Made by a program: the position numbers and the translations under genes. From Candidatus Multivoradales bacterium (GTDB lineage: Bacteria > Acidobacteriota > Thermoanaerobaculia > Multivoradales > JAHEKO01), in assembly GCA_965223855.1 (NCBI GenBank), contig CBDCXM010000009.1, positions 3,104,001-3,168,000 on the forward strand: a stretch of DNA of 64,000 bases, in the 5' to 3' direction. Below, in pieces: positions 30,060-41,472 of this stretch (the first letter of the stretch is position 1; every line of letters begins with the position of its first letter). The notes beneath the pieces were generated by a model, which ran no database searches, was not told the origin of the DNA, and saw only the letters and a list, made by a program, of their open reading frames with translations.

Positions 30060-32415
30060 GCTGCTCCGATATGTATTCAGGGAACTGCTGGGACCGTCGA
30101 TCCTCGGCACCCTGGTGTTCACGTTCCTGCTGATCCTGCAGCTACTCTACCGGTTGGCGCGCCTGATTATCGTCAGCGACGTCTCCTTCGGCCAGGTCGG
30201 CCTGCTGCTGCTGCGCTCCCTGCCCAACATCGTCGTCCTCACGATCCCGATGGGGCTCCTGTTCGGCATCCTCGTCGGCATGGGCCGGCTCGCCGCCGAC
30301 AGTGAGCTGACGGCGATGCGGGCCGCCGGGATCAGTCTGACGCGGCTCTACCGGCCGATCCTGCGGCTCGCGACACTCCTGACGGTGGTCACCGCGGTGA
30401 TCTATCTCTTCATCCTGCCGCGGGCCAACTCCGCCGTTCAGCTCCAGTATCTGGAGATCGCCGCCGCGCGTCCGACCAAGCAGGTGCAGGCGGGACAGTT
30501 CTACGAGGAGTGGCCCGGCAAGGTGCTCTACGTCTTCGACGCCCCGCCCGAAGAGAGCCGCTGGTACGGGGTCTTCCTCGCCGAGGACCTGCCGAGCGGC
30601 GAGACCAAGGTGACGACGGCGCGCACCGGCGAGCTGCGCCTCGACCCGGCCAACGACCGGCTGCTGCTGCTGCTCGAGAACGCGATCACCCAGGAGGTCA
30701 ACCTCGAAGCGCCCGAGGGGAAGGTCAAGGTCTCTGTCGTCGAGTCCTCGAGCCAGGTGATCGAGGACAACTTCACCAGCAACCAGCGCGAGAAGTTCGG
30801 CTTCTCGAAAGACGTGCGCTCGATGACCGTTACCGAGCTGCTCACTCAGTACCAGCGCACCGGGAGCTCGCCGACCCTGCGCCGCGCGGCCGAGGTCGAG
30901 CTCCACAAGCGCGGCGCCATTCCCGCCGCCTGCCTCGTCTTCAGCCTGCTGGCGCTGCCGCTCGCCTTCTCGGTACAGCGTGCCGCCGGGCGTTCCAGCG
31001 GCTTCGCGATGTCGGTCGGGATCATCGTCGTCTACTGGATCCTGCTCGCCAACGCCGAGGAGGGGGCGATCACCGGGCAATGGCCGGTCGGGCTGGCGAT
31101 GTGGTCACCCAACCTGCTGCTGACGGCGGTCGGCTTCTTCCTGATGTGGCGGCGCAATCGGGACCGCACCCTGCTCGGCTTCGTAGGCGAGGCTGCCTCC
31201 CGGGTCCGGCGCTGGGCGGAAACGCATCTGCGGTCGCGACGCGAGCGACGCCGCATCGCCGCCTCGAATCGCAAGGCCGCCTCGAGTGACCGCGCCGTCA
31301 CCGTGCGGCTGCCCCACTTCAACTGGAACGCGGGCTCGCTGCTCGATCGCTACGTACTGCGCACCTTCCTGGGGACGTTCCTGCTCGTCGAGCTGTCGCT
31401 GGTGGCGGTCTTCATGGTCGCCAACCTCACCGAGACGATGGACGAGATCCTCGCCAATTCGGTCCCCGGCGAGGTGGTCTTCGACTACTTCAAGTACTTC
31501 TCGATCCAGGTGTTCTACGAAGTCGCGCCGATCGCCGTCCTGCTGACGACGCTCGTCACCTTCGGGCTGCTGTCGCGCAGCAACGAGGTGACGGCGGCGA
31601 AAGCGCTCGGCGTCAGCCTCTATCGGCTGTCGATTCCTGCCGCCGTGGGCGCGATGCTCGTCAGCCTGCTGTGCCTCGCTCTCCAGGCTTCCGCGTTGCC
31701 GGCCTCGCAGCAGAAGGTTGCCCGGCTCAAGGATCAGATCCGTGGCGAAAAGATCCGCACCTACCGCCGGGCGGATCGCAACTGGCTCTTCGGTCAGGGG
31801 CGCTACATCTACAACTACCGCTCCTACGACCCGCAGACCCAGGCGCTCTCCAACCTCCAGGTGTTCGAGTTCGACGACGACACCTACGAGCTCACCCGAC
31901 GGCTCTACTCCCAGCGCGCGCAGTACATCGGCGACTCCTGGCTCTTCGAGCCCGGCTGGACGGCGCAGTTCGACGGCAGGGAGATGCTCGACTTCGACGC
32001 GTTCGACATCCCGGTGATCGACGCCTACCCGGAAACGCCCGACTACTTCGAGTCGGAGTTCCGCCTCCCGACGACGATGGCCTACGGGGAGCTGAAGGCC
32101 TACATCGCGGAGATCGAGGCGAGCGGCCGCAAGGCGCCGGAGATGGAGATCGAGCTGTTCAAGAAGCACTCCTTCCCGGCCGTCAGCCTGGTGATGGCGC
32201 TCGTCGCCCTGCCGTTCGCCTTCCGGCTGGGGCGCAAGGGGGCGCTCTACGGAGCGGGCTTCGGCGTCGTGCTGGGGATGGCGTTCTTCGGCGTCTACGC
32301 CTTCTTCAGCACCCTGGGCGAGACCGGGACCCTGCCGCCGATGCTGGCGGTCTGGAGCCCCAACATCGCCTTCGCGCTCTACGCCGTCTATCTGTTCCTC
32401 GGCGTCGAGAGCTGA
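30052..32415 (+). CDS. lptF: Fused LptF-LptG LPS export permease
   Basis: Two tandem LptF/G units (GRLAADSELTAMRAAG; LSRSNEVTAAKALG), WSPN motif ending each half. Confidence 0.9.
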   Translation: MRTLLRYVFRELLGPSILGTLVFTFLLILQLLYRLARLIIVSDVSFGQVGLLLLRSLPNIVVLTIPMGLLFGILVGMGRLAADSELTAMRAAGISLTRLYRPILRLATLLTVVTAVIYLFILPRANSAVQLQYLEIAAARPTKQVQAGQFYEEWPGKVLYVFDAPPEESRWYGVFLAEDLPSGETKVTTARTGELRLDPANDRLLLLLENAITQEVNLEAPEGKVKVSVVESSSQVIEDNFTSNQREKFGFSKDVRSMTVTELLTQYQRTGSSPTLRRAAEVELHKRGAIPAACLVFSLLALPLAFSVQRAAGRSSGFAMSVGIIVVYWILLANAEEGAITGQWPVGLAMWSPNLLLTAVGFFLMWRRNRDRTLLGFVGEAASRVRRWAETHLRSRRERRRIAASNRKAASSDRAVTVRLPHFNWNAGSLLDRYVLRTFLGTFLLVELSLVAVFMVANLTETMDEILANSVPGEVVFDYFKYFSIQVFYEVAPIAVLLTTLVTFGLLSRSNEVTAAKALGVSLYRLSIPAAVGAMLVSLLCLALQASALPASQQKVARLKDQIRGEKIRTYRRADRNWLFGQGRYIYNYRSYDPQTQALSNLQVFEFDDDTYELTRRLYSQRAQYIGDSWLFEPGWTAQFDGREMLDFDAFDIPVIDAYPETPDYFESEFRLPTTMAYGELKAYIAEIEASGRKAPEMEIELFKKHSFPAVSLVMALVALPFAFRLGRKGALYGAGFGVVLGMAFFGVYAFFSTLGETGTLPPMLAVWSPNIAFALYAVYLFLGVES

Positions 32416-32668
32416 ACGGACCCCGACGGGCTGCGGCGGGATCGAGCCTTCTCAGGCGATCGGCCGTGCGCAACGAAAGGCTCCGGCTAGGGAAGCAACG
32501 GCGACTCTCCTGCCGATCTTGCTCGCGGCAACGGCGCCGGACTCGCGCCGGCCACCCGACAGTCCTTGCCCTACCTGGAAGAACTCCGGGCCGCAGTCCG
32601 CATCCGTGGCGGCTTGAGCCAACTCCAGATCGGCCAGGGCCAGCCTGAACCTACGGGTTGCAACCTGT

Positions 32669-33910
32669 TCAGAATCTCGACAAGTCGCGACCGAAGAGCC
32701 TCGCCTTGATCCAGTCGAAGGCGACTTTGACCTTGTCGGGCCAGCTCACGAGCCGCGTAAGGTAGACCGAGCGCCAGAAGAGCCATGCCGAGCGGCCGCT
32801 CCACGGCACCCCCGGCAGGTCCGCGAGCGCCTTCCCGGCGCCGATGTAGGCGAGCATGCCCAGGCTCCGATAGCTGAACGGTGGGCCATTGCTGCTCGCC
32901 TTCGACAGCAGACGGCCGAGGTACTTCCCCTGCTGCTGGGCGACCTGTGCCGTCGCCGGGAGCGGATGGTCGCGATCGGCCGCGCAGTCCCCGAGCGCAT
33001 AGACCCCGTCCCGATCCGGCACCCGCAGGTGCCCGTCGACCTGCAGACGGCCGTCGCGGTGGGTCGCAAGGCCCAGCTCGCGTACCAGCGGCACCGGTTC
33101 GTTGCCGCCCGCCCAGACGGCGAGGCCGAAGCCGAGAGTGCGATCGTCGGCGAAGAACACTTCGTGCTCCTCGACCCGCTTGACCGCCGACGCCGTGCGC
33201 ACCTCGATCCCCTCGCGCAGGAAGTGCCGGCGGGTGTAGGCGCTGAGCGCCTGGTCGAACGAGCCCAGGAGCCGGTCGGACGCCTCGACCATGACGACCC
33301 GGGCGAGCCCGGCGACGCGCGGGTAGGCGCGCGCCAGCTCGCGGCCGACGAAGTCCTGGATCTCCGCCGCCACCTCGACCCCGGTCGGCCCGCCGCCGAT
33401 GACGACGAATCGGACGCGGCGCTCGACCTCCGGCCGCGGCAGATCGGGAGCCTCGGCCGCGGCGAACTGGCGGGTGATCGCCGCTCGCAGCCGCCGACCG
33501 TCTTCGACCGTCCGAAGCGGCGTGCAATAGCGCTTGACGCCGGGGATCCCGTAGGTGGCGACGCCGGCACCGACCGCGAGCACGAGACGGTCGAAGCCGA
33601 CGTCGAACGACTCGTCGCTCACGCTCGACGCGCAACGGACGGTGCGCGCCTCCCAGTCGACGGCTGCCGCCCGTGCCTCCAGGTGGCGCGCCTCGGGTCG
33701 CTGGCGCCGCAGCGGCTCGAGAATGCTCCGGAACTCGACCGTCCCGGTCACCGCGGACGGCAGCAGCGGGGTGAAAAGAAAGTAGTTGCGGGGGCTGACG
33801 ATCGTCACGTCGAAGCGCCCCTTCCGGAGCCTTCGCAGCAGCGAGTAGCCACCGAAGCCCGACCCCAGGATCACCAGTCGAGGCAGCCCCTGCCGGTCCG
33901 TTTCCGCCAT
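32669..33910 (-). CDS. ndh: Type II NADH:quinone oxidoreductase
   Basis: GSGFGG, FTPLLP, GGGPTGVE, ALGDCA, ATAQVAQQQG. Confidence 0.9.
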   Translation of the reverse strand: MAETDRQGLPRLVILGSGFGGYSLLRRLRKGRFDVTIVSPRNYFLFTPLLPSAVTGTVEFRSILEPLRRQRPEARHLEARAAAVDWEARTVRCASSVSDESFDVGFDRLVLAVGAGVATYGIPGVKRYCTPLRTVEDGRRLRAAITRQFAAAEAPDLPRPEVERRVRFVVIGGGPTGVEVAAEIQDFVGRELARAYPRVAGLARVVMVEASDRLLGSFDQALSAYTRRHFLREGIEVRTASAVKRVEEHEVFFADDRTLGFGLAVWAGGNEPVPLVRELGLATHRDGRLQVDGHLRVPDRDGVYALGDCAADRDHPLPATAQVAQQQGKYLGRLLSKASSNGPPFSYRSLGMLAYIGAGKALADLPGVPWSGRSAWLFWRSVYLTRLVSWPDKVKVAFDWIKARLFGRDLSRF

Positions 33911-33948
33911 GCCGGCTACGCTATCGCGCCTGATAGCATCCCGCCGCC

Positions 33949-34764
33949 GTGGGCATCTTTTTCCTGTTCCTCGTCGCCCTCGCCGCCGGCTCCGCCTCCA
34001 CACTCTTCTGGATTCCCGAGGACGATCTGGGGCGCGGCTACTTCCAGATGAACGCCCTGATCGTGCTGGGTCTGCTGGGGCTCGCCGCCGCGGTCGTCTG
34101 GCTCGAGGGCGCGCAGCCGTTCGGCGCCGCCCCGGAGCTGGGCAAGACGGCCCTCTACGGCTCGCTGGCAGCGGCCTTCGGCTACTACGCAGGCGTCTGG
34201 CGGGAGCGATGGAAGGCGGCCCGCATCGCTGCCGCGTTGGTGCTGGCCGCCTCCGGCCTCGCCTACTGGCTGGCGGGGGTAGAGCTGGTCCAGGCCCTCA
34301 CCGAGCTGCCTCTGCGCCGGACGCTCCTTGCCGCCAGCCTCGCGACCTCGTCGCTCGCTCTCGGCTGGGCGCTGATCACGATGCTGCTGGGTCACTGGTA
34401 TCTGGTGGCGCCCAAACTCACCTTCCGGCACCTGACGATCTTCTGCTGGGCACTCCTTGCCATCGTGCTCGCCCGCGCCGTTACCGTCGGTGGGACGCTG
34501 CTGGCCGCCGGCGCCGTCGACCCCAGGATCGAGCCTCATCCGTGGCGTCTCCTCACCGGCTTCGAGGGCCAGGGGATGTTCTTCTGGTTCCGCCTCCTGT
34601 GGGGGATCGCCATCCCGCTCGCTCTGGCGGTGATGTCGCTCCACTGCGCCCGCCAGCGCTCCAACCAGTCGGCGACCGGCATCCTCTACGTGCTCGTGGT
34701 CGGCGTCCTCGTCGGCGAGATCACGGCGTTCTACCTGAGCGCAACCACCGGCGTGCCCGTCTGA
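33949..34764 (+). CDS. Hypothetical polytopic membrane protein
   Basis: About 8 hydrophobic segments; MLLGHWYL and SATGILY motifs. Confidence 0.75.
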   Translation: MGIFFLFLVALAAGSASTLFWIPEDDLGRGYFQMNALIVLGLLGLAAAVVWLEGAQPFGAAPELGKTALYGSLAAAFGYYAGVWRERWKAARIAAALVLAASGLAYWLAGVELVQALTELPLRRTLLAASLATSSLALGWALITMLLGHWYLVAPKLTFRHLTIFCWALLAIVLARAVTVGGTLLAAGAVDPRIEPHPWRLLTGFEGQGMFFWFRLLWGIAIPLALAVMSLHCARQRSNQSATGILYVLVVGVLVGEITAFYLSATTGVPV

Positions 34765-35223
34765 GTGCGGATCCGGACCCAGTGCCGCGAGTGCGGCCTG
34801 CCCTTCAGCGAGACGCTGACCCGCGCCTCTACCGAGCTGCCCTGCCCCGGCTGCGGCGACGTGCGTTCGCTGGATCTGGAACCCTGGTCCGAGAGCGACC
34901 CGAGGACCATCCGGAGCTGCCTCGTGTGCGACTGCCGCCATCTCTACCGGCAGCGCGACGTCAACCGAGCCCTCGGCTGCCTTCTCGTCGCCATCGGAGC
35001 GGTGCTCGTGCCTTGGACCTACGGCCTCTCGCTCGTCGTGCTCGCCGGCGTCGACCTCGTCTACTACCTGCGACTCAAGGAGAAGGTCGTCTGCTACCGC
35101 TGCGACACCGTCTACCGCGACGCCGAGCCGACCGAGGGCCAGCGCGAGTTCGACCTGCTGCAGCACGACGTGCTCAAGTACGGCAAGACCTGGCAGGACG
35201 TCGATCTGCCAAGGCACCACTGA
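34765..35223 (+). CDS. Hypothetical Zn-ribbon membrane protein
   Basis: Four CxxC pairs (CREC, CPGC, CLVC, CYRC) flanking a TM hairpin; starts right after previous stop. Confidence 0.72.
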   Translation: MRIRTQCRECGLPFSETLTRASTELPCPGCGDVRSLDLEPWSESDPRTIRSCLVCDCRHLYRQRDVNRALGCLLVAIGAVLVPWTYGLSLVVLAGVDLVYYLRLKEKVVCYRCDTVYRDAEPTEGQREFDLLQHDVLKYGKTWQDVDLPRHH

Positions 35224-35562
35224 GGCGTCTCCATCCCTCCCCGCACACTCCCGGCTATGCTTCGAACTGTGGTCGGAGGCGGCGATGCCTGCACGTCACC
35301 TCCCTGAAACGGGCGACCCGCATCGCGAAGGGCGAGCGCTGGCGACGAGCGGCCGAGGGCCTGCGGGCGGCCGGGTCTGGATCACCCTCGCCCACAGTCC
35401 TGTGTACCGAAGACGGCGTTGCCGCGGCGACCGCTCGAGTCGCTACGGCGCTCTACCTGGAAGAGCGCCGATGCACGCGGCCGCACTTCCAGCATCGGAG
35501 GAACTGCTCCCCTGCTTCCAGAGGAGACCAGAGACAACGAGTCGCGAACGTCGAGTGCCGAC

Positions 35563-36735
35563 TCAGCCGACCGGCACGGCGTCATCCGCCACGCCGACGG
35601 CCTCGCGCACGGCGTCGGCGCGGTGAGTGCTCTCCCAGCTGAAGCCGTCGCGACCGAAGTGGCCGTAGGCCGCCGTCGGCCGGTAGATCGGCCGCCGCAG
35701 GTCGAGGTCCTCGATGATGCCGAGCGGCGTCAGCGGGAAGATCTCCCGCACCGCGCGTTCGAGCTCGCGGTCTGAGACCTTGCCGGTGCCGAAGCTGTCG
35801 ACGTGCACCGACACAGGCTCGGCGACGCCGATGGCGTAGGCGAGCTGAACCGCGACTCGCTCCGCGGCTCCGGAGGCGGCGAGGTTCTTCGCCACGTGGC
35901 GCGCCATGTAGCTGGCCGACCGGTCGACCTTGGTCGGGTCCTTGCCCGAGAAGGCGCCGCCGCCGTGACTGCCAACGCCGCCGTAGGTGTCGACGATGAT
36001 CTTGCGGCCGGTGAGGCCGCAGTCACCCTTCGGTCCGCCGGTGACGAAACGGCCCGTCGGGTTGACGTGGAAGATCGTCTCGTCGTCGATCAGCTCCGGA
36101 GCGATCGCCGGGCGGATCACCGTATCGATGATCGCGGCGGTCAGCTCGTCGTGTCCGACGTCCGGGTCGTGCTGCGTCGAGACGACGACCGTGTGGACCC
36201 GACGCGGCCGACGATCGGCGTCGTACTCGATCGTCACCTGACTCTTGCCGTCAGGGCGCAGAAAACCGAGCTCGCCGGCCTTGCGCACAGCTGCCAGCTT
36301 GTGGGTCAGCGTGTGCGCCATCATGATCGGCAGGGGCATCAACTGTGGGGTCTCGCGGCTGGCGTAGCCGAACATCAACCCCTGGTCGCCGGCCCCTCCG
36401 GTATCGACCCCCATCGCGATGTCCGGCGACTGCGAGTCGATCGCACTGACCACCGAGCAGTTGTCGTAGTCGAAGCCGTAGTTGGGATCGGTGTAGCCGA
36501 TCTCCTCGAGCGTCCGGCGAGCGATGCCTGAGAAGTCGAGATCGGCTGTGGTGGTCAGCTCACCGGCGATCATCACGAGACCGGTGTTGACGAGGGTCTC
36601 GCAGGCGACGCGGCCCATCGGATCGGACTCGAGCACCGCGTCGAGCACGGCGTCGGAGATCTGGTCCGACACCTTGTCGGGATGTCCTTCGGTGACGGAT
36701 TCGGACGTGAAGAGGTAGGCCTGAGACTCGCTCAT
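35563..36735 (-). CDS. metK: S-adenosylmethionine synthetase
   Basis: [48 protein letters not shown]. Confidence 0.98.
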   Translation of the reverse strand: MSESQAYLFTSESVTEGHPDKVSDQISDAVLDAVLESDPMGRVACETLVNTGLVMIAGELTTTADLDFSGIARRTLEEIGYTDPNYGFDYDNCSVVSAIDSQSPDIAMGVDTGGAGDQGLMFGYASRETPQLMPLPIMMAHTLTHKLAAVRKAGELGFLRPDGKSQVTIEYDADRRPRRVHTVVVSTQHDPDVGHDELTAAIIDTVIRPAIAPELIDDETIFHVNPTGRFVTGGPKGDCGLTGRKIIVDTYGGVGSHGGGAFSGKDPTKVDRSASYMARHVAKNLAASGAAERVAVQLAYAIGVAEPVSVHVDSFGTGKVSDRELERAVREIFPLTPLGIIEDLDLRRPIYRPTAAYGHFGRDGFSWESTHRADAVREAVGVADDAVPVG

Positions 36736-36883
36736 GGGAGACTCCCTGCGGAGACTGACTCGGAGGTTGGATGGGCGGCGTCGCGCGTTCCGTTCGAGCG
36801 CGGGACACCTGCCCCGAAGAGGGCGAGATGGTACCAAGCGCCTGCGAGCACGGTCAATTTCGCCGGAGGGTTGCCGAACGACC

Positions 36884-37477
36884 CTACGCGTTGCGCGGGT
36901 GGCCTGAGTAGGCCGCGAAGAACAGCGACGAGACGGCGTTGAAGACCGCCTCGGAAGCCGCCGTCCGCCGGGACTCGAGGCCGCCGGTCAGAGCCGCGAC
37001 CAGCCCTTCGTGCCGGCGCAGCCCGGCGGTCGTGCGCCGGCCGTCACTGTCGCTCCAGCCGTCCTCCAGCACCCGCGCCGGGACCTCGATCGCGCTGCTG
37101 CTCCCGGTCGCCTCTCCGCCGAGCCCACGCACCACCGCCCACGTCCGCACCCAGTGGTGCGGGCGCCCGTCGACCGTTCCCGATTCGAGTCCCTCTTCGA
37201 GACCGACATAGAAGTGGTAGGCCTGTCCGAGACGCTCAGCGAGTTCCTCCGCCCAGCGCGATGCCCGCTCCCGCATCTCGACGTCACTCGAAGCGAGCCC
37301 TTCGTGAAGGCCCTCGACCTCCTGCGGCACGACCGCCACAGGGACCGGCCGACCCAACCCCTGGTGGAAGTAGCGCAGGAAGGCACTGCGGACGGCCAGC
37401 ATCACCTCGGAGCGATCGGCAGCCACCGCCACCTCCACTCCGGTGAGGATCTGCGGCGGGAGCACGGCCTCGGTCAA
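36884..37477 (-). CDS. DUF84/YjjX-like (inosine/xanthosine triphosphatase-like) protein, divergent
   Basis: [28 protein letters not shown] pattern; N-terminal STNPxK motif missing. Confidence 0.5.
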   Translation of the reverse strand: MTEAVLPPQILTGVEVAVAADRSEVMLAVRSAFLRYFHQGLGRPVPVAVVPQEVEGLHEGLASSDVEMRERASRWAEELAERLGQAYHFYVGLEEGLESGTVDGRPHHWVRTWAVVRGLGGEATGSSSAIEVPARVLEDGWSDSDGRRTTAGLRRHEGLVAALTGGLESRRTAASEAVFNAVSSLFFAAYSGHPRNA

Positions 37478-37548
37478 GCTGGAGTCCTCTCGGAAGCGCG
37501 GCCGGGAGCCGGAGCAGACTCGCCCGGGCGGGCTAAGATCCGCCGCGC

Positions 37549-38328
37549 ATGATCGTCAGTCGCCAAAACAGAAAGATCAAGGATATGCGGCGGCTTCGGC
37601 GGAGTAAAGGAGACCGGGCCCTGCTCGAAGGGCCCCACCTCGTGGCCGAAGCGCTCGCATCCGGCGTCTCGATCGAGTACGCGCTGGCGACCCCGCGAAT
37701 GCTCGAATCGGGCGACCATGCCCGGCTTTTCGAACTCCTTGGCGATCGGTTGGAAGCCGTCGAAGCGGGTGTCCTCGAATCCATTGCGGATGTCGACAGC
37801 CCGCGCGGCGTCGCCGCGGTGGCCGAGCTCCCACGCGCCGGCCTCGACGCCCTCGGCGAGCCGGGTCGTGGCGTCTACCTGTTCGCAGAGGGCCTGCAGG
37901 AACCGGGGAACCTGGGTGCGCTCGCCCGGGTCGCCGAGGCGACGGGCGTCGCGGGACTCGCCCTCGGAGCGGGCAGCGCCCACCCGAACCACCCGCGGGC
38001 GTTGAGGGCGTCGGCAGGCAGTCTGCTGCGGCTTCCGGTCGCGAGAGAGGTCGGACTCGACGCTCTGCTCGAGTGGCTGGCACTCGAGAAGCGTCCGGAG
38101 GTGCTGGCCCTCCAGCCCCGCGGCGGCGACGACCTCTTCGAGCTGCAACCGGCGGTCGGGCCGACGTTGCTGCTGATCGGCGCCGAGGGGCCGGGGCTGT
38201 CCGCGGGAGCGCTCGCCGTGGCCGATCGCACCGTGTCGGTTCCGATGACCGATCCGGTCGAGTCGCTCAACGCCACCGTGGCTGCGGCGGTCGTCCTCTA
38301 CGAACTGAGCCGCCGCAACCCTGACTGA
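37549..38328 (+). CDS. TrmH/SpoU family RNA methyltransferase
   Basis: EGPHLV, QEPGNLGAL, IGAEGPG, VESLNATVA. Confidence 0.92.
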   Translation: MIVSRQNRKIKDMRRLRRSKGDRALLEGPHLVAEALASGVSIEYALATPRMLESGDHARLFELLGDRLEAVEAGVLESIADVDSPRGVAAVAELPRAGLDALGEPGRGVYLFAEGLQEPGNLGALARVAEATGVAGLALGAGSAHPNHPRALRASAGSLLRLPVAREVGLDALLEWLALEKRPEVLALQPRGGDDLFELQPAVGPTLLLIGAEGPGLSAGALAVADRTVSVPMTDPVESLNATVAAAVVLYELSRRNPD

Positions 38329-38362
38329 GGGGCACCGGCGATGGGCGCCGCGCTCCGAGGTA

Positions 38363-39343
38363 TCAGCCGCCTTTCGCCTCGCGAATCGCCGCCGTCAGAG
38401 CCGGCACGATCTCGTGCAGGTCGCCGACGATGCCGTAGTCCGACACCGAGAAAATCGGCGCGCCGGCGTCCTTGTTGATCGCAACGACCGTGCTCGCTCC
38501 CTTCATGCCGACCAGGTGCTGGATCGCTCCCGAGATACCGGCTGCCACGTAGAGTTTCGGCGCCACCGTCTGGCCGCTCGAGCCGATCTGCCGGTCGCGT
38601 GGCAGCCAGCCGTTGTCGATCACCGGCCGGCTGGCACCGATCTCGGCTCCGAGCGCCGCAGCCAGCTCTTCGATGATCGCCATCTTGTCGCTGTCTCCGA
38701 TGCCGCGCCCGACGGCGACGACGACCTCGGCGGCGGAAAGATCCACCTGCTCTCCGGCGACCTCCTCGACCCCGAGGATCTCGCGGTCGGGGGCTGCCGC
38801 CGAGGCATCGAGGTCGGCACGCGGCGCCTCGCCGGCGGCCATCGAGTCGGCCGGGAAGACGCCCGACTGGAACGACACCAGGTGAGGCGCGGCCCCGACC
38901 GCTTTCACTCGCGACTGGAGCTTGCCGCCCAGCACCGGCCGGCGCCACTCGACCGCCCCGTCCACCACTTCGAAGCCGACTGCCTCGGGCACCAGCGAGC
39001 CGGAGACCGCCTGGCACAGTCGTGCCATGTACTCGATGTTCTGGTAACTGTGGGCGAAGACGACGTGAGTCGGCGCGTGCTCGGCGATCGCCGCCGCCAG
39101 GACGCCGACGTAGCCGCCGGGGGTGTAGTCGGCGAGAGCCTCGGACTGCGCCACGTGCACCGCCGCGAGGTCGCACCCCGCGAGCTCGTCGGCCACCGCA
39201 TCGACTCCGTTTCCGAGCACCACCGCTTCGGCGGTTCCACCCAGCGCCGCGGCGAGCTTCTGTCCGCCGGCGACGGCTTCCTTCGACATCCGATGCAGCG
39301 CACCGTCCCGGTGCTGCACGACAATCCAGACCTTGGCAGCCAT
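38363..39343 (-). CDS. etfA: Electron transfer flavoprotein alpha subunit
   Basis: [37 protein letters not shown]. Confidence 0.95.
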   Translation of the reverse strand: MAAKVWIVVQHRDGALHRMSKEAVAGGQKLAAALGGTAEAVVLGNGVDAVADELAGCDLAAVHVAQSEALADYTPGGYVGVLAAAIAEHAPTHVVFAHSYQNIEYMARLCQAVSGSLVPEAVGFEVVDGAVEWRRPVLGGKLQSRVKAVGAAPHLVSFQSGVFPADSMAAGEAPRADLDASAAAPDREILGVEEVAGEQVDLSAAEVVVAVGRGIGDSDKMAIIEELAAALGAEIGASRPVIDNGWLPRDRQIGSSGQTVAPKLYVAAGISGAIQHLVGMKGASTVVAINKDAGAPIFSVSDYGIVGDLHEIVPALTAAIREAKGG

Positions 39344-40137
39344 CACAGAGCCCTCGCTTCGTTCTGCAGTCTCTCGACCAGTTGGCGTGCCGCCGTCTCG
39401 GCGTCGCCGTCGATCATCACGGCGCCCGAGCCACTCTCGGGGAACGCCACCTCGAGGATCTCGAGGGTCGCTCCCGCGGCTCCGACCGCCGAGGAATCGA
39501 GTTCCAGCTCGGCCGGTGCCACCTCGGCGATCTCCTTCTTCTTCGCCTGCATGATCCCCTTGAGCGAGGCGTAGCGAGGATGGTTGAGGCCCGCCTGGAT
39601 CTCCAGCACCGCCGGCAGCGCCACGCGGAGCACCTCGTTCATCCCGCTCTCCATCTCCCGCGTCACGCGCGCGCTCGCGTTGCCGTCCTCGAGCTCCACC
39701 CCCATGACCAGCCAGGCGTGGGGCCAGCCGAGGTGACCGGCGACGACCGACCCGGTCGAGCCGTAGCCGACGTCGTCGGACTGCGAGCCGGTCAGGACGA
39801 GGTCGCATCCCTCCTTGCGGATGGCGGCCGCGAGCGCGAGGCCGTTCGACATCGCGTCGCCGCCGAGGAACGCCTCGTCCGCCAGATGCACGGCACGAGC
39901 CGCCCCGAGCGCCAGGCACTTGCGCAGCGCCTCACGGACCCGCGCCGTGCCGATGCTGAAGACGACGACCTCGCCCTCGGTCCTCTCGGCGATCTGCAGC
40001 GCTTCCTCGAGCGCGTACTCGTCGCTTTCGTTGAGGACGACCGGCAAGTCCTCCTCGTCGATCCATCGGCCGTCCGAGGCCACGCGAAGGCGGGCCTCGG
40101 TGTCCGGAACCTGTTTGACGCACACCGCGATCTTCAT
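39343..40137 (-). CDS. etfB: Electron transfer flavoprotein beta subunit
   Basis: VCVKQVPD, YALEEAL, GSQSDD, PRYASLKGIMQAKKK; GAGGAG SD. Confidence 0.95.
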   Translation of the reverse strand: MKIAVCVKQVPDTEARLRVASDGRWIDEEDLPVVLNESDEYALEEALQIAERTEGEVVVFSIGTARVREALRKCLALGAARAVHLADEAFLGGDAMSNGLALAAAIRKEGCDLVLTGSQSDDVGYGSTGSVVAGHLGWPHAWLVMGVELEDGNASARVTREMESGMNEVLRVALPAVLEIQAGLNHPRYASLKGIMQAKKKEIAEVAPAELELDSSAVGAAGATLEILEVAFPESGSGAVMIDGDAETAARQLVERLQNEARAL

Positions 40138-40309
40138 CGTCACTCCTCGTTCAGGCTGGTTCGGCCTCGTTCGGGCTGGGGTGATTCGGTCGGAAGAGCG
40201 CCCGCGACTGGCGCGAAGGGTCCTCCGGGGGCAGCTAACTTAGCAGCTCGGAGCGGTTCTTGGACACACGCCGCGACGCCGTGCTACCTTGACGCGGCAC
40301 GAGGAGTCC

Positions 40310-41032
40310 ATGCCGCTCGCACCGACGCTCATCACCGCTCAGATCGGCCAGCCTCACCGCCCCGGACTCATCGAGACGTTCCTCTCGGCCGGCCCGATGG
40401 CCTGGTTCGTGGCCGCCGTCCTCATCGGGATGTCGCTCGCCTCGTGGGCGCTGTTTCTCGGCAAGTGGCGCCAGATGAAGCGCGCCTCGAGCGCCAGTGA
40501 GAAGTTCCTGGAAGTGTTTCGCAGCTCCCAGCGGTTCAGTGAAGTGGGAGGCGCCGCCGAGCGCCTCGCCGCCTCGCCGCTGGTCGGTCTCTTTCAGGCC
40601 GGCTATGCCGAGATCGACGCCCAGATCAAGAGCCGCCCGGACGTGTCGGAAACCCGTGACTACCGCATCCGCTCGCTCGACTCCCTTCACCGGACCCTGC
40701 GCCGGGCGGCGGGAGCCGAGCTGCGGCAGCTGGCGAGCGGCACCACCTTCCTCGCGACGGTCGCCGCCGCGGCTCCGTTCATCGGGCTCTTCGGCACGGT
40801 TTGGGGGATCATGGTGGCGTTCCAGGATATCGGCGTGACCGGCTCGACCTCGCTCGTCGCCGTCGCCCCCGGCATCGCCGAGGCGCTCGTCAACACCGCC
40901 CTCGGTCTGGTGGCGGCGATCCCGGCGCTCCTGGGCTACAACTACTTCTCGTCCCGCCTGCGCACGCTGCGCGCGGAGCTCGACGACTACACGCTCGAGT
41001 TCCTCAACCTCGCCGAGCGCAACTTCACCTGA
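40310..41032 (+). CDS. tolQ: TolQ (MotA/TolQ/ExbB family)
   Basis: PFIGLFGTVWGIM, VAPGIAEAL, AAIPA; first gene of tol-pal cluster. Confidence 0.92.
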   Translation: MPLAPTLITAQIGQPHRPGLIETFLSAGPMAWFVAAVLIGMSLASWALFLGKWRQMKRASSASEKFLEVFRSSQRFSEVGGAAERLAASPLVGLFQAGYAEIDAQIKSRPDVSETRDYRIRSLDSLHRTLRRAAGAELRQLASGTTFLATVAAAAPFIGLFGTVWGIMVAFQDIGVTGSTSLVAVAPGIAEALVNTALGLVAAIPALLGYNYFSSRLRTLRAELDDYTLEFLNLAERNFT

Positions 41033-41042
41033 GGGTCTGACG

Positions 41043-41468
<426 letters not shown>

Positions 41469-41472
41469 GGCG

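Noticed and set aside
35224-35562. Possible small gene or remnant between the Zn-ribbon gene and metK; hairpin GGCGCTCT/AGAGCGCC; CTACCTGGAAGA shared with 32573
   Set aside because: ORF 35285-35626 overlaps metK and has no motif; a single shared 12-mer is within chance expectation
36736-36883. SAM riboswitch upstream of metK
   Set aside because: No recognisable SAM-I (ATC..GAG...GAT) or SAM-II core seen by eye; an Infernal scan would settle it
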